Source of the DNA: Pyrinomonadaceae bacterium
GTDB lineage: Bacteria; Acidobacteriota; Blastocatellia; Pyrinomonadales; Pyrinomonadaceae
Reading direction: 5' to 3'
DNA: 64,000 bases
NCBI GenBank assembly: GCA_046313635.1
Contig: JBKBYA010000001.1
Location: 352,001 to 416,000 of the forward strand
Part shown: positions 1 to 8,587 of the stretch, in pieces
How the letters are laid out: the number at the start of each line of letters is the position of its first letter
How positions within the stretch are numbered: the first letter of the stretch is position 1
Translations under genes and position numbers: made by a program
The notes under the pieces: generated by a model
The model's database searches: none
What the model saw: only the letters and a program-made list of their open reading frames with translations
Told to the model about the DNA's origin: nothing

Positions 1-1673
1 TCCGCCACGTGGTCGTCAGCGTTGTCGTCGTGCGACAGTCTTACCGTCTTTCGCTGCTCCAGGGCCCGGCCCGCGCCGCCAGCTCCGGGTTTGACCGCCG
101 CGCCGGCGAGCTGGGCCTTGCCGGGCCCCTCGCAGTGCACGACGTCGGCGAGTCCCGTGCTCTCGTTGAGAAGATAGATCGCGAAGGTGTCGACCGGGAT
201 CAGTTCGCGTACCGTCCGTGCAAAAAGCGAATAGGTGTCGTCGAGGTCGAGCGATGAACTGAACTCTCGAGCGAGCTCATAGAGCGTAAAGACCTCGCGA
301 TTGGCCAGCTTGATCTGCTCGACGTAGTGGTCGCCGCTCTGGGCGCCGTCTGTACGGTAGCTCAGGCCGCAGCGTGCGACCTCCGCCTCCATCGCACCGA
401 GCCGACTGAAAAAGAGGTTGAGCAGCGTGGGGTCGAACTTGATGCCCGCCTCGGCCATCATGATGCGCCGCGCATCCTCACGCGTATAGCCGCGGCGGAA
501 GGGCCGGTCAGAGCGAAGCGAGTCGTACGCGTCGGCGATGGCGAGTATGCGAGCGGTCAGCGGAATATTCTCGCCGCGGAGGCCCTCGGGGTAACCGCTG
601 CCGTCCCAGTGCTCGTGGTGATACCTGACGGTCGGGACGACCGGGTAGTCGAAATTCACTTTTTCGAGGATCGAGGCTCCGACCGAGGAGTGCACCTTGG
701 TCTTTTCGCGCTCGGCGCTGGTGAGCTCCTCCGACTTGTTGAGGATGTGCTCGGGTACAGCGAGCTTGCCGATGTCATGAAGCAGGGCTCCGGTCCGCAG
801 CGCGTGGATGTCGCGCTCGGCGAGTCCCAAGATCTCGCCCAAGCCGATGGCGTAGATCTGCGTTCTCCGCACGTGACCGACGCCGACCTGGTCGCGCGCG
901 TCGATCGCCGTGGCCAGAGCCTCGACGGTCGCAAGGTGGATGCGGCTCGCCTCAGAGATCTCGCGGACCTTGTTCGCGAGCATACGCTGGTGCGCCGAAT
1001 ACGCCAGCGAGCCCAGTATTATCAACGGCGCGAGGACGAGGCCGACGCCGAGGCCGAGGTTATCAAAGGTCTGATCGAGAATGATCGTCCCCGCGGCCGC
1101 GGCCGTGCAGTAGACCGCCGAGTATCCGAATGCGTCGTTGAGAACGCTTTTCAGCGGCCGCGCGCTGTCGATGCGGAGGTAGATGAATCCGGCGATCGCC
1201 GAGAGCAGGTAGTAAACGGCGGGCGGCAGCGAGTGGGCAACAAGATATGCGAGCAGGCCTCTCTCGCCCGAGGCGGCGGCGCTCGCGAGATAGTAGACGC
1301 CGCCCGCGGCCGCGGCCTCGAGACTGTCGGTCAAAAGCGTATATGTACGGCGCCGCCGGTCGGCTCGGCCGAGAAATACCGATGCAGAGGCCGCTATGCC
1401 GACGAGAACGGCGCCGGCCGCGCCGATCCAAAAGATCGTCCAAAAGACAAATACCGGCTTGGCCGGAAACGGCATTCGCGAACGCGAAATCGACGGCTCG
1501 TGCCGCGAAAGGAATACGGCCAGAGCGGCGGTGACCGCAAGTGCAACGCCCTGCTCGGCGGCGAGGGCGGGCAGCCGCGCAAGCGCAAAGACGACGCTCG
1601 GCAAGGCTGCCGAGATCGCTATCGCCCATATCGTGCTGCTACGCCAGCGGCTGTTTGAGTTTGTATTCTCCAC
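1..1673 (-). CDS. Membrane-bound HD-GYP domain protein followed by a GAF domain (runs off the left edge)
   Basis: Not in the ORF track because it is open-ended. Manual minus-strand translation from GTG at 1673 gives a hydrophobic N-terminus, HDIGK, HHEHWDGSGYPEGLRGENIPLTARILAIADAYD, then a GAF-like segment (LYELAREFSSSLDLDD...). Confidence 0.85.
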   Translation of the reverse strand, partial: MENTNSNSRWRSSTIWAIAISAALPSVVFALARLPALAAEQGVALAVTAALAVFLSRHEPSISRSRMPFPAKPVFVFWTIFWIGAAGAVLVGIAASASVFLGRADRRRRTYTLLTDSLEAAAAGGVYYLASAAASGERGLLAYLVAHSLPPAVYYLLSAIAGFIYLRIDSARPLKSVLNDAFGYSAVYCTAAAAGTIILDQTFDNLGLGVGLVLAPLIILGSLAYSAHQRMLANKVREISEASRIHLATVEALATAIDARDQVGVGHVRRTQIYAIGLGEILGLAERDIHALRTGALLHDIGKLAVPEHILNKSEELTSAEREKTKVHSSVGASILEKVNFDYPVVPTVRYHHEHWDGSGYPEGLRGENIPLTARILAIADAYDSLRSDRPFRRGYTREDARRIMMAEAGIKFDPTLLNLFFSRLGAMEAEVARCGLSYRTDGAQSGDHYVEQIKLANREVFTLYELAREFSSSLDLDDTYSLFARTVRELIPVDTFAIYLLNESTGLADVVHCEGPGKAQLAGAAVKPGAGGAGRALEQRKTVRLSHDDNADDHVA

Positions 1674-1739
1674 CGTGATGTTAGGGGCAGCCGGCTCCGC
1701 CGAGCGGCCTCGGGATGCGGCTATCCCTCACGATCGTTA

Positions 1740-1754
1740 ACAACGGCCGTGCCA
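1740..1754 (-). promoter_or_regulatory. Putative sigma54-type promoter for the HD-GYP gene
   Basis: Minus strand TGGCACG-GCCG-TTGT versus consensus TGGCACG-N4-TTGC, about 70 bp upstream of the start. Confidence 0.4.
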
Positions 1755-1903
1755 CACGAGATCTGTCGGAATTGCAGTGTTTATTTGAGAGGCGGAGCGT
1801 GCGTTCGATCCAGCGTCGATTCGATTTGATGCATACCGGTCAAATTGACCGATACTCATCGCGTCGAGCGGAGCCGCCGATCGATCGGCCGACGGACGCA
1901 GTA

Positions 1904-2107
1904 CTAATAGCGGTCGTCCTCGTAATCAAAGTCGTCAAACTCTTCGTCGTCCTCGGCGGTTTCGTCAAAGAGGTCGAGTTCTGGAGGATCGAGCCCGACA
2001 AGGACGAGCCGCGACCCGCACTCGTCGCAGGCGACGACGTCGCCCTGCTCGGAATCAGCGTCGACATAAACGTCTTCGGAACACTCGGGGCAGATCGAGG
2101 TAGGCAT
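1904..2107 (-). CDS. LysW-like zinc-ribbon acidic small protein
   Basis: CPEC...CDECG-x-L-x-x-VGLDP pattern as in LysW/ArgW; acidic tail, but no terminal EDWGE. Confidence 0.75.
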   Translation of the reverse strand: MPTSICPECSEDVYVDADSEQGDVVACDECGSRLVLVGLDPPELDLFDETAEDDEEFDDFDYEDDRY

Positions 2108-2276
2108 TTTTTCTTTTCTCCGAAAATCCTATAGATTTGATTGGAGATCTCTCCAACCGGCACTGTCGCTGCTATGGTAATCAATCTAACTTGTAATCAA
2201 ACGATTTGGCAAGAAATCGCTCTGCCGGCTGACAAGACCTGAGAGATCGGAGCGCACGGCCCGTCACTTTTGCTCG

Positions 2277-3221
2277 ATGAGATTTCCTTTTGCACTCGCG
2301 CCCGAGCGCGAATTTGACGTCGCGGGCTTCGGCACTAACGCGGTCGACTACCTGATCCGCGTGCCCCATTACCCTGAATTCAATTCAAAGGTCGAGCTGG
2401 TCAATTACGTTCAGGCGGCAGGCGGCGAGGTCGCGACGACGATGGCCGGACTGTCCCGGCTTGGTCTGCGGACCGCTTACGCGGGCAAGTTTGGCGGCGA
2501 CGCGGCCGGAGACTTTGGGATGCGTTCGCTCCGCGACGAGGGGGTCGACATCGCGTACTCGGCGGTGGTCGCCGATGCCCGAACGCAGATCGCATTTATC
2601 GTGATCGACATCGGCACCGGTGAGCGAACGGTGATCTGGCAGCGCGACGAGCGGCTTGCATTTACGGCGGACGAGGCGCCGATCGAGCTCGTTACGCGCT
2701 CGAGCATTCTGCATCTCACGCCGCACGATGTCGCGGCCTGCCTGCGGCTGGCGAACGAGGCACGACGCGTCGGCACCATCGTCTCGATCGATGTCGACAA
2801 CGTCTTTCCGGGCATCGAAGAACTGCTCCCGCTCGTCGACCTGCTGATCACGTCGGCCGAGTTCCCGCAGCGTCTGCTCGGGCTCGACGACCATCGCCGT
2901 GCGCTGGCCGAGATGAGGTCGCGCTACGGGTGCGGCGTCGCCGGGGTGACGCTCGGCTCAAAAGGCTCGCTGCTGCTTTGCGGCGAGACGTACATTCAGA
3001 CGCCGGGCTTTGCCGTTCCCGGCGGCTGTCAGGATACGACCGGGGCGGGCGACTCATTCCGGGTCGGGCTGCTCTACGGCCTTGCCCGCGGTTGGTCGGT
3101 CGAGGATGCGGCCCGCACCGCCAACGCCGTGGCCGCCCTCAAATGCCGCGCCGTCGGGGCACGCACGTCATTGCCGACGGCCGACGAGCTTGACCGCTTT
3201 TTGTCTGGGGAGCGGAGCTGA
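2277..3221 (+). CDS. PfkB/ribokinase family carbohydrate kinase
   Basis: N-terminal AGG motif and C-terminal DTTGAGDSF signature. Confidence 0.9.
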   Translation: MRFPFALAPEREFDVAGFGTNAVDYLIRVPHYPEFNSKVELVNYVQAAGGEVATTMAGLSRLGLRTAYAGKFGGDAAGDFGMRSLRDEGVDIAYSAVVADARTQIAFIVIDIGTGERTVIWQRDERLAFTADEAPIELVTRSSILHLTPHDVAACLRLANEARRVGTIVSIDVDNVFPGIEELLPLVDLLITSAEFPQRLLGLDDHRRALAEMRSRYGCGVAGVTLGSKGSLLLCGETYIQTPGFAVPGGCQDTTGAGDSFRVGLLYGLARGWSVEDAARTANAVAALKCRAVGARTSLPTADELDRFLSGERS

Positions 3222-3373
3222 GCCGCCCGCAAATATTTTGTGGACGCGCCGGACGGCGGTGTAATAACATTGCACTGCGGCCCAACGGCCCGCACGGCAT
3301 CTCGTCTTAGGACCCCATCGGAGCAGATCCACCCTACTCACCGCCATTCGCCCGATCGCAGCTCATATCTGTC

Positions 3374-4600
3374 ATGGATTCAAAGATCGGTCTGTTGATT
3401 CAGCTTGCAGGTGTCTGTCTTATCTCACTGCTGACGATCTTTATGCGTCGATCGCTGAGGGTCGCGGCGCTGCGATACTGGACCAACGCCTGGCTGTGCC
3501 TGACGGTCGCGCTTCTCAGCCTGCGAATGGCGGCCGAGGCCGACACCTGGGCCAAGCCGCTCTATAGCTTTTTCTTCTTTGGCGAGTACGTCTTCGGCTT
3601 CCTGCTCGTGACGGGGTGCCGCAGTCTGAGCGGAAAGTATCGTCCGCAATTGCGGGACGAGCTCGTCATACTGCCCTTCGCCGCGGCCGCCGTCGTACTC
3701 ACTCTGTTGGAGGGCGACGTAGCTCTGGTCTTCAGCGTCCACGCCTGCCTGCTCGCGAGCTTTTTCGTATTTGCCTTCAGGGCGCTGAGAGACGTGCCGA
3801 TGCGCACATTCGGCTGGTACGTGATGCGGGTCGCCCTCGCGCTGCTGGTCGTCGATCTCGTGCAGTACTTTATCGTCTCGACGGCAAGGCAGATACGGCA
3901 CTTCGAGGCCGCTTATCTTGCTTACAATCCGATCATCGACCTCGTCCTGCAGATCCTGCTCGGCTTTGGTATGGTGATCGTGCTGCTCGAGCAGGTGCTC
4001 GAAGACTCGCGGCGGGCCAACGACAAGCTCTCACGAGCCCACCGGCGACTCGAGATGCTCGCTCACGTCGATCCGCTGACGGCCGCCTTTAACCGGCACG
4101 CATTTTACGGCTACCTGCGCAAGCGGGGCGAGGATGGAGCTTACGTTTCGGGCTGTGTCGGATTTTTTGACGTCGACGAACTCAAAAAGATCAACGACCG
4201 CTACGGCCATCTCGCCGGCGACCGCGTCATACGCGCCGTCGCCGCCGCGCTGAGAAAGGTGATGCGGGCCGAGGACCTGATCTATCGCTGGGGAGGCGAT
4301 GAATTTTTCGTCATCATGGTCAGCATGAGCGCCGAGGCCGCGACCCATCGAATGCAAAAACTCGACGAGATGCTGACCGGCGTCAGCGTGCACGGGGTCG
4401 GCCACCCGGTCGATATAAGCGTATCGTACGGATTTACAGACTTTGAAGACCTCTCCGATCTCGAAGCCGCGATCAGGCTCGCGGACGCCGCGATGTACGA
4501 GCGCAAGCAGCAGCGTAAGCTGAGGTCGGCCGCCGCGCCGGCATACGACGCGGCGGACGAGTCAGATCTCGAACCGGTCACCGCGGCCGACCGCGTTTAG
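3374..4600 (+). CDS. Membrane-bound diguanylate cyclase
   Basis: Multiple TM segments, DVDELKKINDRYGHLAGD, RAED I-site and RWGGDEF. Confidence 0.9.
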   Translation: MDSKIGLLIQLAGVCLISLLTIFMRRSLRVAALRYWTNAWLCLTVALLSLRMAAEADTWAKPLYSFFFFGEYVFGFLLVTGCRSLSGKYRPQLRDELVILPFAAAAVVLTLLEGDVALVFSVHACLLASFFVFAFRALRDVPMRTFGWYVMRVALALLVVDLVQYFIVSTARQIRHFEAAYLAYNPIIDLVLQILLGFGMVIVLLEQVLEDSRRANDKLSRAHRRLEMLAHVDPLTAAFNRHAFYGYLRKRGEDGAYVSGCVGFFDVDELKKINDRYGHLAGDRVIRAVAAALRKVMRAEDLIYRWGGDEFFVIMVSMSAEAATHRMQKLDEMLTGVSVHGVGHPVDISVSYGFTDFEDLSDLEAAIRLADAAMYERKQQRKLRSAAAPAYDAADESDLEPVTAADRV

Positions 4601-4637
4601 TTCGACGCCCGCGCGGCCGGCGAACCGACATTCTCCT

Positions 4638-5306
4638 CTACAGCTTTTCGTTAAAGAACGCCACGACCTTTGCCCAAGCGTCGCGTGCCGCGGCCTCATT
4701 GTAGACCTCGGGCCGCGTGTCGTTAAAGAATGCGTGATCGGCGTCGTACTTGAGCGACTCGAGAGGCAGCTCAAATCGCGCGGCCGCGTCCTCGAGCGCG
4801 GCGACCTTGTCGGTATTGATCCATTGGTCGCGCGTCCCCGAGATAAAGACGGTGGGCACTTTTCGTTTCTGCAGAATGTCGTCGCCCGGGATGTCGCCGT
4901 AAAACGGCGCGGCCGCCGAGATGCCCTCGAGCTCGCACGCCGCGCGGAGCGCAAACGTTCCGCCCATGCAGTAGCCCGTTATGCCGAAGTGCGAGATGCC
5001 GTACTTTTCGTTTGCCGCGGCGATCGCGGCTCGTATCGTGTCGAGCCCGTCCTCGATCTCGAGCGCGTGCATCATCTTTGAAGCCTCGTCCGGATCGGTC
5101 GCGACCTTGCCGCGATACAGGTCAGGCGCGATCGCCGTAAATCCCTCGCCGGCCCAACGCCGAGCGATGTCCTTGATGTGATCGTTCAATCCCCACCATT
5201 CGTGAATGACGATCACCGCCCGCCCGCTGCCGCCGCCGTCGGGCAGCTCGACATAGGCGGTCGTCGCTCCATTCGCAGTCTCAAACCGAAGCTGTTCCGT
5301 GCTCAT
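4638..5306 (-). CDS. Dienelactone hydrolase family protein
   Basis: HEWWGLN, GYCMGG nucleophile motif, HAFFND. Confidence 0.9.
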   Translation of the reverse strand: MSTEQLRFETANGATTAYVELPDGGGSGRAVIVIHEWWGLNDHIKDIARRWAGEGFTAIAPDLYRGKVATDPDEASKMMHALEIEDGLDTIRAAIAAANEKYGISHFGITGYCMGGTFALRAACELEGISAAAPFYGDIPGDDILQKRKVPTVFISGTRDQWINTDKVAALEDAAARFELPLESLKYDADHAFFNDTRPEVYNEAAARDAWAKVVAFFNEKL

Positions 5307-5507
5307 TCAAAGTCTCCTATTCGTTTGCCGTTTTTTTGAATTATAGGGAATCGCGCCACGCCGGCAAACAATTCGCCCGCGCGTCAAGCGGCCGCCTCGC
5401 GTAAGCAACAGGCTCGCAGCCGTGCCGGTGCCGTTCAAAAAGTGATCGGCCGCGTGCGGCGAGCGCCGTCCGCGGCCGTCTTGTTTTTCGTCGATCTGCC
5501 GTCCGAT

Positions 5508-7694
5508 CTAGAAAAACCTGATCGTGTATGTGAATTTCACTCCGCGGCCCATCTCGGGGGAGATGTCCTTGATGAACGAGATGTGGTTGTAATACAGCTT
5601 GTCGGTCAGGTTAAAGGCGTTGACCGAGAAGATGTGGGCAAAGTGCTTTCGGCTGACGACGTACGACGCGCCGACATTGACGACGCCGTAGCCGGCCGTG
5701 CGCGTTTCGTTGGTGAAGATGCGCTCCTGATCGGCGACGGCCACAAACTCGGGGGTCACGCTCAGATTCTTGTAATGAATGTCGAGCCCGATCCGCCCGC
5801 GCAGCGGCGGGATGCGCGGCAGCGGCCGGCCGTCGGCGAGCTCGGCATTCACATAGTCGAGGCCGGCGAGGACGTTGAGGTACCGGTTGGCCCTCATGTC
5901 GAGACTCAGCTCGGTGCCGGTGAAGCGAGCGTCCTTTTGCAGGTACTCGGCGATCTCGAATCCGCTATCGTCGTCGGTCTCGCCGGTCGGCGCGAGAAAG
6001 ACAAAATTCTTGAACTTGTAATAGAAAAAATTCGCCTCGGCCTTGAAGCGTTTGTTCTGATGGCGGACCGAGAGGTCGAGGCCGTCGCTGATCTCGGCCT
6101 TCAGACTCGGATCGCCGACCTCAAATAGCAGCGAGCCGTCGTGCGGCCCGTTGTTGTACAGCTCCTCGAGCGCCGGCGCGCGGTAGCCGTGCGAGTAGTT
6201 CGCGACGAGGGCGCCGCCCTTCCAGGTTTCGAACCGCGCACCGACCGCTCCGGAGAATCCGGTAAAGTCGCGGTCGCGCAAATTCGCGTTTCGCGGATTG
6301 TAGCGATTGCTCTCTATGCGGCCGCCGAACTGCAGCGTGGCCCGCTCGAACTTAAGCTCCTCAAGACCGAAGACGGAAAAGTTGTTGTGCCGCACCGGCC
6401 CGTCGATGAGCGTCTCTTCGCCGACGGTCGAGAACGTACGGCGAAACGTCTCAAACCCGAAACGGCCCGTCAGACGGCCGTAACGCTTCTGCTCAAACAT
6501 CCCGCGGAGCGAGTCGACCTTGTTGCGATACGTCGTGCCGACCTCGCCGTCGTGGATCTCCTGGTGACGATAGTTGCTGAGATCGACCGTGAACTTCAGG
6601 CTGTCGATCGGTCCCCCGATGTCCTTGTAGCCAAAGTTGAATTTGAGATTGTTGCGCCAGATGCGGAGGCTTCGCAGTTCGGGTTCGGCCTCTCTGAAGT
6701 CGAGCGGCACGCCGTAGCGGCTCTGATAGTAATTGAAGTTGGTCGTAAAAAAGGCGTGCCTGCCGTAGTAGCCGCCGCCGAGAGTGCCCGACGCGCTGCG
6801 CGTAAAGGTGTTGCGAACGCGGCCAAAGTCGCCCCCGGCCTTGTAATCGCCCGTTCGCTGGCCGCTCGCGTTGGCCCACAGCATTATCGGGCCCTTGCCG
6901 TACTCTACGCCTGCCGAGGTGCCGGCCTGGTTCGAGTTTGTGCCGCCGATCGCCGAAAAGTATCCGCGGGATCCCGGATGCGAGTTCTCGTCGTGACCGC
7001 TGACGGTATTTACGACGCCGCCGATCGCGCTGCTGCCGTAGAGCAGCGTCGCCGGTCCCTTGACGACCTCGATCCGCTCGACGGCGAGCGTGTCGACCGG
7101 CTCGGCGTGGTCGCCCGACTGCGACCCGAGCGAGCCGACGCCGACGCCGTCGGCCGCGACCTTTACGCGGTCGCCGTCAAAGCCGCGGATCACGGGGCGC
7201 GAGCTCCCCGGCCCGGCCGAACGCTTTGCGACGCCCGCCTCGTCCTGCAGCACGTCGCCGAGGCCGACCGCCGCGCGCATCGTGATCTGGCTCGAGTCGA
7301 TCGTGCTGACCGACTCGATCGCCTCAAATGTCGATTGCTCGGTCCCGCTCGCCGTGACGGTCACCTGCTCTTTGACGCCCGCGAGCTCCATTACGAAGTC
7401 GGCCGTCGCCGTCGTTCCTGCCGTGACGGTGACCGACTGGGTCCGATCGCCAAAGCCCTCGAGCCGGGCCCGGAGCGTATAACGGCCGGGCGGTACACTC
7501 GTGAAACTGTAAACACCGCTGTCGTCGGTGACTGCGTTTCGCCTCAGCTCGACGATCTGGACCGTCGTGTTGTGCAGCGCCGACCTGTCGCCGCCAAAGG
7601 TCACGGTGCCCGTGATGCCGCCCGCATTGGTCTGCGCAGAGACCGAGACGCCGGCCGCGATGAGTAAGAGTAGTGACGTCAAAAGCTTTTTCAT
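5508..7694 (-). CDS. TonB-dependent receptor (ZnuD-like) with N-terminal carboxypeptidase-regulatory-like domain
   Basis: Signal peptide MKKLL..., plug motifs SSRPVIRGFDGDRV and IEVVKGPATLLYGSSAIGGVVN, terminal Phe. Start taken at ATG 7694. Confidence 0.88.
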   Translation of the reverse strand: MKKLLTSLLLLIAAGVSVSAQTNAGGITGTVTFGGDRSALHNTTVQIVELRRNAVTDDSGVYSFTSVPPGRYTLRARLEGFGDRTQSVTVTAGTTATADFVMELAGVKEQVTVTASGTEQSTFEAIESVSTIDSSQITMRAAVGLGDVLQDEAGVAKRSAGPGSSRPVIRGFDGDRVKVAADGVGVGSLGSQSGDHAEPVDTLAVERIEVVKGPATLLYGSSAIGGVVNTVSGHDENSHPGSRGYFSAIGGTNSNQAGTSAGVEYGKGPIMLWANASGQRTGDYKAGGDFGRVRNTFTRSASGTLGGGYYGRHAFFTTNFNYYQSRYGVPLDFREAEPELRSLRIWRNNLKFNFGYKDIGGPIDSLKFTVDLSNYRHQEIHDGEVGTTYRNKVDSLRGMFEQKRYGRLTGRFGFETFRRTFSTVGEETLIDGPVRHNNFSVFGLEELKFERATLQFGGRIESNRYNPRNANLRDRDFTGFSGAVGARFETWKGGALVANYSHGYRAPALEELYNNGPHDGSLLFEVGDPSLKAEISDGLDLSVRHQNKRFKAEANFFYYKFKNFVFLAPTGETDDDSGFEIAEYLQKDARFTGTELSLDMRANRYLNVLAGLDYVNAELADGRPLPRIPPLRGRIGLDIHYKNLSVTPEFVAVADQERIFTNETRTAGYGVVNVGASYVVSRKHFAHIFSVNAFNLTDKLYYNHISFIKDISPEMGRGVKFTYTIRFF

Positions 7695-7728
7695 CCTGAT
7701 ATAAAACCGAGCTCTAAAGTAAAAGCCC

Positions 7729-7798
7729 AGTATGCGCACCTCGCGGGCCGGGCCGGCCGGTTTTTAACGGATGGACGATCTAAGGCGGTGAATGGACG
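7729..7798 (-). promoter_or_regulatory. Putative LytTR binding direct repeat and -10 box upstream of the TonB receptor
   Basis: ATGGACG at 7771-7777 and 7792-7798 (21-bp period); minus-strand CATACT at 7729-7734. Confidence 0.5.
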
Positions 7799-7816
7799 CA
7801 AATGCGGGACGGACGG

Positions 7817-8587
7817 TCAGAGCTTAAGATACTTTTCGCGAAGCGTCCTTGACTGCAGGCGGCTGGCCGCAAACTCCTGCCCGTTCGACAGCGAGACCAG
7901 AAACGTGCCGCCGGGCAGATTGGTGATGCGGTCGACGTGATCGAGATTGACGATCGCGCTCCGAGAGAGGCGCACGAAGCGCCGCGGGTCGAGCCGCGAC
8001 TCGATGTCCTTGAGTCGGTAGTTGATGAAATATCTCTCGCGGTCGGCGGTGACGATGTTGAGCAGCTCGCCGTCGGCGGTCAGCGACGCGACCTCGGCGA
8101 CGGGTACGAGGATGATCGAGTCGCGGTGGCGAACGGGGATCCGTTCGATCTTCGACGACGGATCGATCGACCCTGCGGCGTCGCGCACGCGCTCGGACTC
8201 GTAACGCTGCCAGCCGTCACGGTCCATCCGCGCGGCGGCGCGGTCTATGCTCTCGCGGAGCCGCCGCCGCTCGACAGGCTTCAAAAGGTAATCGACGGCG
8301 TTCAGCTCAAACGCCTTTATCGCAAAATCGTCATGGGCGGTGACAAAAGTGACAAGCGGCATCTCGTCGGCGTCGAGCGAGCGCACGACGTCGAGGCCAG
8401 AGAGCACCGGCATCTGCAGGTCGAGAAGCGCGAGGTCCGGTTTGAGATCGACGATCATCTCGAGGGCGTCTTCGCCGTTGGCGGCCTCGCCGACGATGTC
8501 GACGTTGTCAAGATCGAGCAGCATGGCGCGCAGGTACTCGCGGGCGGGTCGCTCGTCGTCGGCGATGATCGTGCGAAGTTTCGTCAT
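7817..8587 (-). CDS. LytTR family response regulator
   Basis: Receiver (ADDE, LLDLQMP, DYLLKP) plus LytTR domain (FVRLSRSAIVNL). Confidence 0.92.
   Translation of the reverse strand: MTKLRTIIADDERPAREYLRAMLLDLDNVDIVGEAANGEDALEMIVDLKPDLALLDLQMPVLSGLDVVRSLDADEMPLVTFVTAHDDFAIKAFELNAVDYLLKPVERRRLRESIDRAAARMDRDGWQRYESERVRDAAGSIDPSSKIERIPVRHRDSIILVPVAEVASLTADGELLNIVTADRERYFINYRLKDIESRLDPRRFVRLSRSAIVNLDHVDRITNLPGGTFLVSLSNGQEFAASRLQSRTLREKYLKL

Noticed and set aside
327..1658. 443-aa plus-strand ORF
   Set aside because: Antisense shadow of the minus-strand HD-GYP gene, which carries the real motifs
6141..7667. Long antisense ORFs (also 24513-25721, 35976-37508, 51693-53336, 55575-57605)
   Set aside because: Expected shadows of real genes in high-GC DNA; no recognisable motifs
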